A program made the translations under genes and the position numbers. DNA of 64,000 bases from a virus (Duplodnaviria > Caudoviricetes). The stretch spans positions 64,001-128,000 of IMG/VR virus record IMGVR_UViG_2818991472_000001; one strand, 5' to 3'. Under the pieces are notes generated by a model. That model worked only from the letters and a program-made list of their open reading frames with translations. It was not told where the DNA came from and did not search any database. This document shows positions 28,988 to 37,684 of the stretch, piece by piece. The first letter of the stretch is position 1; each line of letters starts with the position of its first letter.

Positions 28988-29610
28988 GCCAGCCGCTCCC
29001 GGGCGATCTCCTTGAGCTGGGCGAGCATGTCGGCGTGCTTGCGGACCGGGCCGACCTCGTCCAGGCCCGCGCGGATCGTCCAGCCGTTGTCGAGGTCGCG
29101 GCCGGAGCGGTAGCCGGACTGGCTGCGGGCCTCGGCGACCACGTGGTGGGCCTCGGGGGTGCCGTCGGTGTCGAGGCCGGAGTAGGGCCGGGGGTCGTTG
29201 GCGACGGCCTGGTAGTGGTGCGCGTCGACGCGCACGACGCGCAGCGGCTCGGGCACCTTGGCCGGGTCGATCTCCAGGCGCTGCCAGCGGTAGCGCACGG
29301 CGGGGAAGGCGGCGGAGTCGCAGAAGAGCAGGAGGCGCCCGACGACGCTGTCCACGGTCGGGCCGGACCACGTCGGCGGCCGGTCGTCGGTGTCCCGCAG
29401 CCACTGCCTGCGCCCGATCTCGGTCAGGTGCTCGGTGGCGATCACGGCGGTGCGGGACTTCCCGGGGTTCCTCGGGGCGGAGATGGTGAAGACCACGCCG
29501 TCCAGGTCGGCGTACACGAGGGGCTCGGCGTGCCGGGAGCGGCTGGTCTCGCCGGTGAGCGGGTGTCTGCGGCTGAGGTGGAGGCCGGTGGCGGTGGTGA
29601 TCATGGGCAT
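28984..29610 (-). CDS. hypothetical protein
   Basis: AAGGA RBS; coupled operon. Confidence 0.6.
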   Translation of the reverse strand: MPMITTATGLHLSRRHPLTGETSRSRHAEPLVYADLDGVVFTISAPRNPGKSRTAVIATEHLTEIGRRQWLRDTDDRPPTWSGPTVDSVVGRLLLFCDSAAFPAVRYRWQRLEIDPAKVPEPLRVVRVDAHHYQAVANDPRPYSGLDTDGTPEAHHVVAEARSQSGYRSGRDLDNGWTIRAGLDEVGPVRKHADMLAQLKEIARERLA

Positions 29611-29654
29611 GGGGTGGTCCTTGTCCGGGGCCCGCCCGGCGCGGCGGGCGGGGA

Positions 29655-29987
29655 TCAGATGGGCAGCGTCGGGGCGGAGTCGTCGGTCGGCGGGGCGGGG
29701 TCCGGGGGGAGGCTGCCGCGTGCGATCCGGGCCTGGTGGCGCACCCTGCGCAGGTGGTTGACCAGCACAGGGGCGTAGGCCAGGGCGGCTTGCTCGTCGA
29801 GCAGGTGGTTCAGGATCTGCGCGTACCGGGAGGCGGAGATGCCGAGCTGCTCCCGGATCTGGCTCTCCTTGGTCCCCCGGTTGTGCGGCCCCCAGCTGCC
29901 GCTGCGCTCGAAGTCGAGCACCGCGCGCTGGAAGTCGAACAGGCCGTCGGGGCCGCGTACGGGCAGGTCCTCATCGGCCGGGGTCAC
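29655..29987 (-). CDS. DUF3263 family protein
   Basis: LDFER..W...G.KE..IRE.LG.S..RY.Q.LN.L.D...A....PVLV..LRR signature. Confidence 0.8.
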   Translation of the reverse strand: MTPADEDLPVRGPDGLFDFQRAVLDFERSGSWGPHNRGTKESQIREQLGISASRYAQILNHLLDEQAALAYAPVLVNHLRRVRHQARIARGSLPPDPAPPTDDSAPTLPI

Positions 29988-31015
29988 CGCCTGCTCAGGC
30001 GCAGCAGCGCCGGGGCGGAGGAGTCAGTGAGGGAGTGCTGGAGCAGCGGGCCGGGGCTGTGGCGGCGCATCGGGGTGACGGCCGTGTAGGCGTCGGTGTC
30101 GAAGCGCAGCAGCGTGAGGTGTCGGCCATCGGTGTCTATGGCGCGCTGGCCGGTCCGGAACGCGGAGGGCTGCTCGAAGTCGGCGGTGCGGGCGAGGACC
30201 GGCATGGTCAGGTGCTGGTGGTGCCAGTCCGAGAAGCGCTCTCCGAGGACCCGGGAGTGGTGCGCCCAGGGGTAGACGGAGGGGGCGGCGATCCGGCCGA
30301 AGACCCCCGAGTAGCCGGGCTGGCCCGGGACGTCATGGACGACGTCGTCCAGGGCCAGCAGGCCGCCGCCGGGCAGCGGGATCACGTCGCCGGGCTGCAG
30401 GTCGGCGACCGGCTTGGCCGGGTAGGCCCGGCCGTCGACGTACAGGTGCGGCCGGTCGGCGGCCGGGGAGTAGACGTACCAGTGGTCGCGCAGGTGCTCG
30501 GTGGCGGTGACCGCCTTGTCGACGGCCAGGGTGCTGGTGGGGCGGTTCAGCGAGTTGACCCAGGCGGTGCCGTCGAAGGTGAACTCGGTCCGGGCCCAGG
30601 AGGCGGTGCTGGTGGCCCACTGCGACAGGATGCGGTCGCCGGTGGCCGGGTTCTTGGGCACGCGGGCCTCGGGAACGTCCGGGACCAGGTCCGGGGCGAG
30701 GAGCAGCGGGATGCCGTTCGTGGCCCGGACCTGGACGGGACGGTCTCCGGGAAGGATGAGCAAGGTGTCGTTGCCGCCCATGACCGGGCGCTGACGGATG
30801 GCCACGGAGTGGGCGTTCGACAGGGAGGTGGTGTCGACGACGACCATCGCGCAGATGATCGACGGGGTAGCGGAGGCGACGATGACCTGACCGGCGGTCA
30901 GCTCCTTGGCGAGGAGCTGAGCAGCGGTGCTCCAGCGGAGGGCTTCGATGGTGGCAGTGCAGAAGCCGTGCTGGTGCCGGGTGTGCGTCGCGTCCGCCTG
31001 CTGGGCAGGCAGCAT
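29984..31015 (-). CDS. hypothetical protein
   Basis: AAAGGGA RBS before MLPAQ; two 'A.L..G.VI' beta-rich repeats. Confidence 0.65.
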   Translation of the reverse strand: MLPAQQADATHTRHQHGFCTATIEALRWSTAAQLLAKELTAGQVIVASATPSIICAMVVVDTTSLSNAHSVAIRQRPVMGGNDTLLILPGDRPVQVRATNGIPLLLAPDLVPDVPEARVPKNPATGDRILSQWATSTASWARTEFTFDGTAWVNSLNRPTSTLAVDKAVTATEHLRDHWYVYSPAADRPHLYVDGRAYPAKPVADLQPGDVIPLPGGGLLALDDVVHDVPGQPGYSGVFGRIAAPSVYPWAHHSRVLGERFSDWHHQHLTMPVLARTADFEQPSAFRTGQRAIDTDGRHLTLLRFDTDAYTAVTPMRRHSPGPLLQHSLTDSSAPALLRLSRR

Positions 31016-31059
31016 GGCGTTGTCCCTTTGGCAGAGGGGTGAACTTCCTTGGCAAGAAC

Positions 31060-31089
31060 ACCGTAACCCAGATATCTGGGTGACCGCAA
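31060..31089 (-). promoter_or_regulatory. promoter with palindromic operator ACCCAGATATCTGGGT in the spacer
   Basis: TTGCGG-N18-TACGGT on minus strand; 16-bp perfect palindrome at 31066-31081. Confidence 0.7.
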
Positions 31090-31149
31090 TGCCAATTCGG
31101 GGAATTCTGTCTTCTGGGCCGGGACGTGCGCCAGCCAGCTGCGCAGCTC

Positions 31150-31659
31150 TCACCAGTCCAGGGAGAACCAGACGACCTTGGTGTCGCCGCGCTTCACGAC
31201 GCCCCACTCCTCCGCCATGGCCTCGACCAGGAGCAGCCCCCGGCCACCCACCAGCCCCTCACCGTCGGCGCCGTCGATGTCCTCGAAGCTGACCGGCTCG
31301 GACGCCTGCGCGGGCACCGCGACCTTGTCGGCGGACTCGGGGTCGCCGTCGATGACCTCGATCAGCACCCGGGCGTCGGCGCGCAGTTCGGCGCGCACCA
31401 CGACCTTCGCTTCGTCGCCTTCCGGGTCGTCGGCGTGGCGGACGCTGTTGGTGATGATCTCGGACAGCAGGAGCACTGCCGTCTCGATGACCCGCGTGAT
31501 CCCGTGCCACTGCGTCAGGCGCTGGCGCAGGTCGTCGCGGGCGACACCGACGCTCTCGGGATGGGCGGGGTAGGGGCGCCGGTACGGCTGGAATCCGTCG
31601 GGGTTGGCGCGCGCCAGTCTGTTGCTGGCGGCCTTCGCGGTCTGGCTCACAAGTCTCAC
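31150..31659 (-). CDS. HATPase_c ATP-binding protein (anti-sigma/AbaA-like)
   Basis: LLLSEIITNSVRHA N-box, IEVID, GGRGLLLV, WGV...KVVWF. Confidence 0.9.
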   Translation of the reverse strand: MRLVSQTAKAASNRLARANPDGFQPYRRPYPAHPESVGVARDDLRQRLTQWHGITRVIETAVLLLSEIITNSVRHADDPEGDEAKVVVRAELRADARVLIEVIDGDPESADKVAVPAQASEPVSFEDIDGADGEGLVGGRGLLLVEAMAEEWGVVKRGDTKVVWFSLDW

Positions 31660-31866
31660 GCTCCAGGGGCGTACGAGTGGAACCGGGCATCACCCACCCT
31701 GGCCCGACGTGCGCACAGCGTGAGCGTCTCCAATACCCACGGTCCCGCAAGATCCGCGAAACTGCAACAATGTCAGCTGAACGAATGTCATTTCGATAGT
31801 GGAGTTTGACGCTTCGACACGTCAGACTGATCCTTGGACACCGGACGAGACCAGGGAGACAACGGG

Positions 31867-32727
31867 ATGGCGTACGAGGGCGTTCCAACGGTTCGCAAGC
31901 GCCTGCTCGGCTACCACCTGCGGCAACTCCGCGAAGCGGAGGGTCTGAAGTGGGAGGACACCGCTGCTCGACTGCAGGTCGCCAAGCCGACCGTCATGCG
32001 CCAGGAGAGCGGCCACAGCGCGGTCTCCAGCGCCAACCTTGAAGTCCTCCTCGACTTCTACAAGGTCGGCGACCTGGACAAGCGCTCCCGTCTGGAGGCG
32101 TTCCGTCAGCACGGCCGCAAGCGGGGCACCTGGCACGCCTTCGGCACGGAGATCGGCCCGACCCTGCGGGACCTGGCCGACGCCGAGTCCATCGCCACCA
32201 GCATCCTGTGGTGGGAACTCGGGGTCATCCCGGGCATTCTGCAGACCGACGAGTACGCCGAGGCCACACTGCGCGGCGCCAGCGTTCAGGCCACCAACGA
32301 CGAAACGTTGCGCGAACTGGCGCACCTGCGCCGTGAACGCAGGCATACCCTGGAGAAGGACGGTGCTCCCGAGGCGTGGTTCATCCTCGGTGAGGCCGCT
32401 CTGAGGACCAGGACCGGCGGCCCTGGGAAGGCCGTGATGGAGACTCAGATCCGCTACCTGCTCGACATCAGCGAGCAGCCCCACGTGAACATCCAGGTCG
32501 TGCCGTTCGCCGCCGGAGCCCACCCAGGCGTGGCAGGCAGCTTCACCCTGCTCGGGTTCGACCAGGTCCTGACCTACCAAGCCCTGTACTTCGAGACGGC
32601 CGGGATCATCACCGATGAGGAGAAGTTGGTGGGGGAGAACCAGGCAAGGTTCACTCGCCTGCGGTCCCAAGCCGAGTCGACTCAGCAGAGCCGGAAATTC
32701 CTCCGGGAAGTTCTCGCTACTCTGTGA
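31867..32727 (+). CDS. XRE-family HTH regulator with DUF5753 domain (WhiJ/Scr1-like)
   Basis: RRxLGxxLRxLRE, IPGILQTxxYA, ILGEAAL, IQVVPFxxGAH. Confidence 0.9.
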   Translation: MAYEGVPTVRKRLLGYHLRQLREAEGLKWEDTAARLQVAKPTVMRQESGHSAVSSANLEVLLDFYKVGDLDKRSRLEAFRQHGRKRGTWHAFGTEIGPTLRDLADAESIATSILWWELGVIPGILQTDEYAEATLRGASVQATNDETLRELAHLRRERRHTLEKDGAPEAWFILGEAALRTRTGGPGKAVMETQIRYLLDISEQPHVNIQVVPFAAGAHPGVAGSFTLLGFDQVLTYQALYFETAGIITDEEKLVGENQARFTRLRSQAESTQQSRKFLREVLATL

Positions 32728-32756
32728 GTCAACTCGCAAGTACGAAGGGCTCTCCA

Positions 32757-32993
32757 GTGAACACACCATCCCAGGGGTACAAGCAGTGGCGCATCTCGTC
32801 GGAATCGGGCGGTGACCAGGGGTCTTGCGTCGATGTCGGCCTCGGCGACCTCGACGCCGAGACCGAGGAAGTCGCGTTCCGGGACAGCACGCTCCAGGGT
32901 AGGGGGCCGGTCCTCGGCTTCCCTGCGTCCGCAGTGACCGCGCTGACGGGCGCAATCAAGGTCAGGGGCAGCCGTCTCGCGGGCGGCTTCTGA
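32757..32993 (+). CDS. DUF397 protein, copy 1
   Basis: WRISSES...CVDV...FRDS...GPVL.F..A..A....K. Confidence 0.85.
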   Translation: MNTPSQGYKQWRISSESGGDQGSCVDVGLGDLDAETEEVAFRDSTLQGRGPVLGFPASAVTALTGAIKVRGSRLAGGF

Positions 32994-33011
32994 CCAGTGC
33001 GCAACCAGAAT

Positions 33012-33046
33012 GGTGGCCCCCGGCGCGCGATTCGCCGGGGGCCACC
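33012..33046 (+). terminator. hairpin terminator
   Basis: ggtggcccccggcg...cgccgggggccacc. Confidence 0.7.
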
Positions 33047-33186
33047 CCTGTTTCTACCCCATCGGGCCGTCAGAGCCTCTCATACCCGTTTGAAGATGCA
33101 TGGTCACATTCCGGCGATAGACGATCCCGCCCGGGGCATTCTCGCTACGCTGTGAGTCGCAACCCGCGAGAGCGAAGGGCGTTCCG

Positions 33187-33420
33187 GTGACACCGTCTCA
33201 GGGCTACAACCAGTGGCACATCTCGTCCCACTCCAACGGGGATCAAGGCGGCTGCGTCGATGTCGGTATCGACGCAGCCGCCCCCGAGGCCGAGGAGATG
33301 GCCATCCGGGACAGCACGCTCCAGGGCAGCGGGCCGGTCCTCGGCTTCCCCGCCTCCGCCGTCAGCGCCCTCACCAGCGCCGTGAAGACGAAGGGCCACC
33401 GTCTCGCGGGCGGCTTCTGA
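33187..33420 (+). CDS. DUF397 protein, copy 2 (tandem duplicate)
   Basis: WHISSHS...CVDV...IRDS; near-identical to copy 1. Confidence 0.85.
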   Translation: MTPSQGYNQWHISSHSNGDQGGCVDVGIDAAAPEAEEMAIRDSTLQGSGPVLGFPASAVSALTSAVKTKGHRLAGGF

Positions 33421-33444
33421 CCAGCACGGCAACAGAAACGGTGG

Positions 33445-33789
33445 TCACGGCTGGTCCCGTACCCGAGCAGCGCGGTTGGCGATCTCGCTGGAGACCGGCT
33501 TGTAGTTGGCCAGGGCGGCCTCCACCGTGGCGCGGTAGGTGGCCAAGGCGGCCTCGAAGGTCGCCTCGGCGCCGGTCATCTCCTGGTGGGCATCGGCGAT
33601 CCGGTGGCGAGCGGCCTGCAGGGCGGCCTGCCACTGCTCGCGCTCGGCGTCGGTGGCCGGGACGGTGCCAGGCAAGTCGGTGAGCGCGAGCAGCGGGTGG
33701 GTGAGGTCGAAGGTGACCTCGGCCCGGTTGCCGACGTAGGCCAGCTCCTCCACGGGGTTGAGCTGCTTCGGCTTCCAGCTGTCGGTCAC
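33445..33789 (-). CDS. hypothetical coiled-coil protein
   Basis: AAGGAG RBS, GTGA coupling; helical stretch similar to the N-terminus of the upstream gene. Confidence 0.6.
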   Translation of the reverse strand: MTDSWKPKQLNPVEELAYVGNRAEVTFDLTHPLLALTDLPGTVPATDAEREQWQAALQAARHRIADAHQEMTGAEATFEAALATYRATVEAALANYKPVSSEIANRAARVRDQP

Positions 33790-35006
33790 TGGGACTCCTT
33801 GGCGAGCTGCTGGGCCTGAAGGGCCTTGTACTCCTCCGCCTCGGCCACGGTCATCCTGGTGATGAAGAAGTCGGCGCTGTGCCTGTCGCGGATCATCTTG
33901 TGGCCGTGCTCCTGGATGCGCGCGGCGACCCACTCGTACTCGTTGGCGACATCGGGCAGCTGGCCGGAGGCGAGGTCGGAGCTGGCGGCCCGCACTCCCC
34001 CCTCGAAGGTGTAGCTCACCGGGACCTGCTCGGCGGCCTTGACCGCCCTGAAGGTCTGGGCGTTGCGAGGCGGGTGAACGTGGAACCCAGACGTCAACGT
34101 GTCGGCGTTGTAGAGCGCCGCTCCCATTCGGGTGAGCAGCGCCTTCACGTCGTCCATGCCGATCTTCGGGCGGGTGTGGAGCCGCTCGTGCTCGGCGTCG
34201 TCGATGGCCTGCTGAGCCTTGGCTCGCCAGGCCGGGGCGTGGTCGCCGAGGCAGTCGAGGGCGGTGGCGGCGGCCTTGCAGCGGCGGCACCACTTGACGG
34301 GGAGCTTGGTGCCGGTCGGGCACCCCCGGCGGGGTCCGTCGTGCCGGGAGTTGTAGACCTCGTCCGCGCCGGTGACGGCGAGGTCGCCGATGTCCTCCAG
34401 CCGGACCCCGGGAAGGGACTTCTTGGCGACGGCCGGGCAGGCGGCGGTGTGGATGGTCGGGACGAGAGCGTCGGCGGGGAAGCTCTCAGAGATGTCGATC
34501 TTGGGCCGGGCGATCACCCAGTCCCGGCTGCCGAGCACCGCATCTTCGGCAGCCAGTTGCTGCTCGGCCTGGCGCCCCTGTTCCGCTTCGGCGCGCTCGC
34601 GTTCGGCTTCGAGGCTGGCGGCCATCTCCTCGTAGCGGGCGGCGATAGGCTCTCCGGCGTGCTGCTGGTACAGGCGCTCGGCCGCTCCTACGCGGTCCTG
34701 GTACCGCTGCAGGGCGAGTTCGAAGACCTTCTCGTGGACCTTCAGGTCAGCCAGAGCCTCGTCAACCATCTCGGTGTAGACGTCGTGGGCGGTGGCCCAG
34801 ATCTCGACCTCGACCCTGGTGGCCTGGATCGGCCCCTCGCCGCTGCGCGCGTCGTACTCGTCCAGGGCGACGTCGACGGCCTGCTCGCGAAGGGCGGCGG
34901 TGACGAGGCGGAGCTTGCCCAGACGGCCCTGGGTCAGGTCGGAGTCGTAGTCCGTGCGGTCATCCGTGGTCGTGCGCCACAGCAGGGGGCGCTGGTCGGT
35001 GTCCAT
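33786..35006 (-). CDS. hypothetical protein (coiled coil + Cys/His motif), likely leaderless
   Basis: ATG 8 nt after the -10 of promoter copy 9; H...C...CRRC. Confidence 0.7.
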   Translation of the reverse strand: MDTDQRPLLWRTTTDDRTDYDSDLTQGRLGKLRLVTAALREQAVDVALDEYDARSGEGPIQATRVEVEIWATAHDVYTEMVDEALADLKVHEKVFELALQRYQDRVGAAERLYQQHAGEPIAARYEEMAASLEAERERAEAEQGRQAEQQLAAEDAVLGSRDWVIARPKIDISESFPADALVPTIHTAACPAVAKKSLPGVRLEDIGDLAVTGADEVYNSRHDGPRRGCPTGTKLPVKWCRRCKAAATALDCLGDHAPAWRAKAQQAIDDAEHERLHTRPKIGMDDVKALLTRMGAALYNADTLTSGFHVHPPRNAQTFRAVKAAEQVPVSYTFEGGVRAASSDLASGQLPDVANEYEWVAARIQEHGHKMIRDRHSADFFITRMTVAEAEEYKALQAQQLAKESQ

Positions 35007-35013
35007 GGCCCGG

Positions 35014-35056
35014 AATCTAGTACACCCACAAGAGCATGCGCAAGTGAGTTCACTAA
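35014..35056 (-). promoter_or_regulatory. repeated promoter/operator element, copy 9
   Basis: TTAGTGAAC...TTGCGC-N18-TAGATT. Confidence 0.85.
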
Positions 35057-35061
35057 ACCTG

Positions 35062-35991
35062 TCAGGCCGCCAGCCCCGACTCGCGGCTCTGCAGCACCCC
35101 CAGCCGCATGCACTCCATCCTGACCGGCATCGGACCCGGCCAGCCCGGCCAGGCCGACAGGACGCCGTTCGCTGTCCTGATCCCGCGCCGCCACGCCTTG
35201 TGCAGCCCGATCTCCTGGAGCGTCACCCCGGCGCGCAGGGAGACGCCGTGGCGGTGGTTCGCGGCCAGCGTCACCCACATCCCGACCCTGCCCCCGGTCA
35301 GCCCGGCGGTCAGCGAGGCCCGGCCGCCGCTCTCCCACTGTCGGACCGCCCGCGCGGCCACCGGGGACAGGTCGACGCGCTCGCGCTCCCCGAGCCCCTC
35401 CACCCGCTGCGGATTGCGCTGCAGCCAGACGCTGCGCCGGTCGGCCCCGAAGTCGTCGGGGAAGAGCGCGGCCAGCTCCCCCGACCGGGGCGCCGACTCG
35501 ACCACGACGTGCGCCATGGCGACGAAGCGCTGCCACTCCAGCGACCCGGTGGGGCGCTGAGCGTGCTGGAGCAGCAGGCCCTGGAACATGCGCAGCTGCT
35601 GGCCGGAGACCGGCTGCTGGGCTTCCCAGTCGTACGGGACGTACTCGGTGATCTCGATCCCGGCCTGGGCCGCCAGCCGCTCGACCCACAGTGTCCGGAC
35701 GTTGCCGCTGTTCGAGGTGGACGAGTCCTTGGCCGGGCGCCGCGAAGGGTCGCGGAAGGCCCCTTCCTTCGCCAGCCGCCGGAACTCGGCCTGGCCCCGG
35801 CCGGTGAGCAGGGCCGACAGGCTGACCTCGGTCTCGGGGGGCAGCTCTCCCGAGGTCACGGCCCGCTCCAGCTGACGGACGACCATGTTCAGCTGCCGCG
35901 CCTGCTCCTTGCTCCACTCCTGGGAGGCGAGGAGGCGTGCGTGCACGCTGGCCAGTTCGGCCAGGGAGATCGGCTGCTGCCCGCTGCTCAT
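35062..35991 (-). CDS. tyrosine-recombinase-fold protein lacking the C-terminal catalytic Tyr
   Basis: ESAPRSGELAAL resembles box I (TGxRxxEL); RMECMR sits at the HxxR position; ORF ends shortly after with no Tyr. Confidence 0.5.
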   Translation of the reverse strand: MSSGQQPISLAELASVHARLLASQEWSKEQARQLNMVVRQLERAVTSGELPPETEVSLSALLTGRGQAEFRRLAKEGAFRDPSRRPAKDSSTSNSGNVRTLWVERLAAQAGIEITEYVPYDWEAQQPVSGQQLRMFQGLLLQHAQRPTGSLEWQRFVAMAHVVVESAPRSGELAALFPDDFGADRRSVWLQRNPQRVEGLGERERVDLSPVAARAVRQWESGGRASLTAGLTGGRVGMWVTLAANHRHGVSLRAGVTLQEIGLHKAWRRGIRTANGVLSAWPGWPGPMPVRMECMRLGVLQSRESGLAA

Positions 35992-36038
35992 GGAACAACA
36001 CTAGGCGGCGGCTGCCGGGCCGCGCCAAGAAGTCACGT

Positions 36039-36080
36039 GCGCTGAGCCCCTCCGGTCCGGGTCCGGGAGGGGCTCAGCGC
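36039..36080. terminator. hairpin terminator
   Basis: gcgctgagcccctcc...ggaggggctcagcgc. Confidence 0.7.
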
Positions 36081-36100
36081 TGTGCGGGTTCCGGCTGTGG

Positions 36101-37684
36101 CTAGTCGAAGTCCTCGGGGCGCAGCGGGTTGTCGTTCCTGAAGACCCTGGTGTCGTTGTGCCAGGACCAGTCCGGGACGGAGTTCAGCAGGTACTTCTCG
36201 TGCGGCCAGGGCAGGCGTCCGGCCCAGTGGTCGGTGCGGATCACCCGAATCCAGCGGGCGTAGGGCAGGCCGGTGGGGCTGCGGTGGTCCCAGGCAGGGA
36301 CGTGGTCGTCGGACTCCTCCAGGTAGTGGAACAGCTCGTCGGTGTTCGCGCGGAAGATCTTCAGCTGCTCTTCCCGGCTGGCAAGGATGATCTTGGTGGC
36401 GTTCTGGTAGTCGTCGAGCTGGCTTGCCGTCAGCAGGCCCCGGGAGGCGCTGTTCCGGCAGTACGCGGCGAAGTCCTGCACCTTGAAGCCGCCTTCGAGT
36501 ACCGGGGGTTCGGCATCGTCCCAGAGCGCCTGCAGCGTGTCCGTGACGGCGTCGATGCCGGTCTGCCAGCCCACCGCTGCCGCGCGGTCGAGGTACTTCT
36601 TCACCTGGTTGCCGCCGTTGCCGAGGCGCCGCACCCAGCGGCGGGAGCGCAGCTTCTCGATCTGCTCGCCGAGCAGCAGGCCGTCCTCGGTGACGTAGTC
36701 CACGGGGACGTCGATGTGGCCCCAGGTGCGCGCGTACACCTCCAGGGCGACCAGCTCCGGCCGGACCCACTCCCAGCCGTCGATGGCCTCGACAGCGGCC
36801 CGGATGGCCGGGTCGAGCTTGCCCTGGGCGTACTCGCCCCGCCACGACGAGACGGTCCGCCCGTACGTGAAACCCGTGGGCGTCGTGGCGTCGTACGGGA
36901 TGTTGCAGTGCTGGTTGAAGCCGACGAAGGTCGCGATGGCCTGCACGGCCTGCACGCGGCGCTGCTCCGCGAACGACCTGCGCTGTTCGGCGTCGGAGCG
37001 CAGGTCGGCGCCTTTCGCCTTGAGAGCTTCCAGGCGCTGCACGACCTGCGGGCGGGCGCTGCCCTGGGCGATGCTGGCGCGGGTGTCGGCCCACCACCGG
37101 TCGAGGCGGAAGCCGTTGACGGCCGTCCCGTCGGGGACGTTGCTGTGGCCGTGGGTGCGGACGAAGTCGGTGATCAGCCGCAGGCCCTCGCCGGTGTCGG
37201 CGGCGCGGTTGCCCTTGCGGGTCAGTTCCTGGTCGAAGGTCCACCCGGGCCGGGAGCGGAGCAGGATCTCCTCGGCCAGGGAGAGGCGTCCGGACCAGTG
37301 CTGCACGCAGATCTGGTTGATCCACTTGCCGAGGCCCTGGCAGAACGTGTCGATCACGTGGGGGTGCCGGGGCTCGGGACCGTTGTGGGCGAGCCAGCGG
37401 TCGAGGTTGTGCAGCCAGTGCAGGCGGGTGCCCCACTCGTGCGCGCGCCGGGGGGTGGAGGGCTTGTTCGGCAGGATCGGGATCGAGGCGACGGCGGCCC
37501 GCAGCGGGTCGTCCTGGGGCCGCTCCCACAGGTCGGTGAGCCACCAGGCCAGCGGGTCGCTGTCCTCGGGGAGGCGGCCGTCGTGGTCGACCAGGTGGCG
37601 GATGACGCGGGTCAGGTCGTTGACGAGGCCGGGGGTGTTGTCGAGGGTCTTCAGGATGTCCGGAGCGGGCGCGGTGGTGGTCAC
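36101..37684 (-). CDS. helicase-associated (HA) repeat protein, no helicase domain
   Basis: repeated F...HGH.NVP....G..L..W...R units (e.g. FVRTHGHSNVPDG, YARTWGHIDVPVDY); GTGA coupling. Confidence 0.8.
   Translation of the reverse strand: MTTTAPAPDILKTLDNTPGLVNDLTRVIRHLVDHDGRLPEDSDPLAWWLTDLWERPQDDPLRAAVASIPILPNKPSTPRRAHEWGTRLHWLHNLDRWLAHNGPEPRHPHVIDTFCQGLGKWINQICVQHWSGRLSLAEEILLRSRPGWTFDQELTRKGNRAADTGEGLRLITDFVRTHGHSNVPDGTAVNGFRLDRWWADTRASIAQGSARPQVVQRLEALKAKGADLRSDAEQRRSFAEQRRVQAVQAIATFVGFNQHCNIPYDATTPTGFTYGRTVSSWRGEYAQGKLDPAIRAAVEAIDGWEWVRPELVALEVYARTWGHIDVPVDYVTEDGLLLGEQIEKLRSRRWVRRLGNGGNQVKKYLDRAAAVGWQTGIDAVTDTLQALWDDAEPPVLEGGFKVQDFAAYCRNSASRGLLTASQLDDYQNATKIILASREEQLKIFRANTDELFHYLEESDDHVPAWDHRSPTGLPYARWIRVIRTDHWAGRLPWPHEKYLLNSVPDWSWHNDTRVFRNDNPLRPEDFD

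Noticed and set aside
9090-35056. Repeated 40-bp element as a CRISPR array or IS ends
   Set aside because: Copies are kb apart, degenerate, carry -35/-10 boxes and always precede genes; no cas or transposase genes were recognised.
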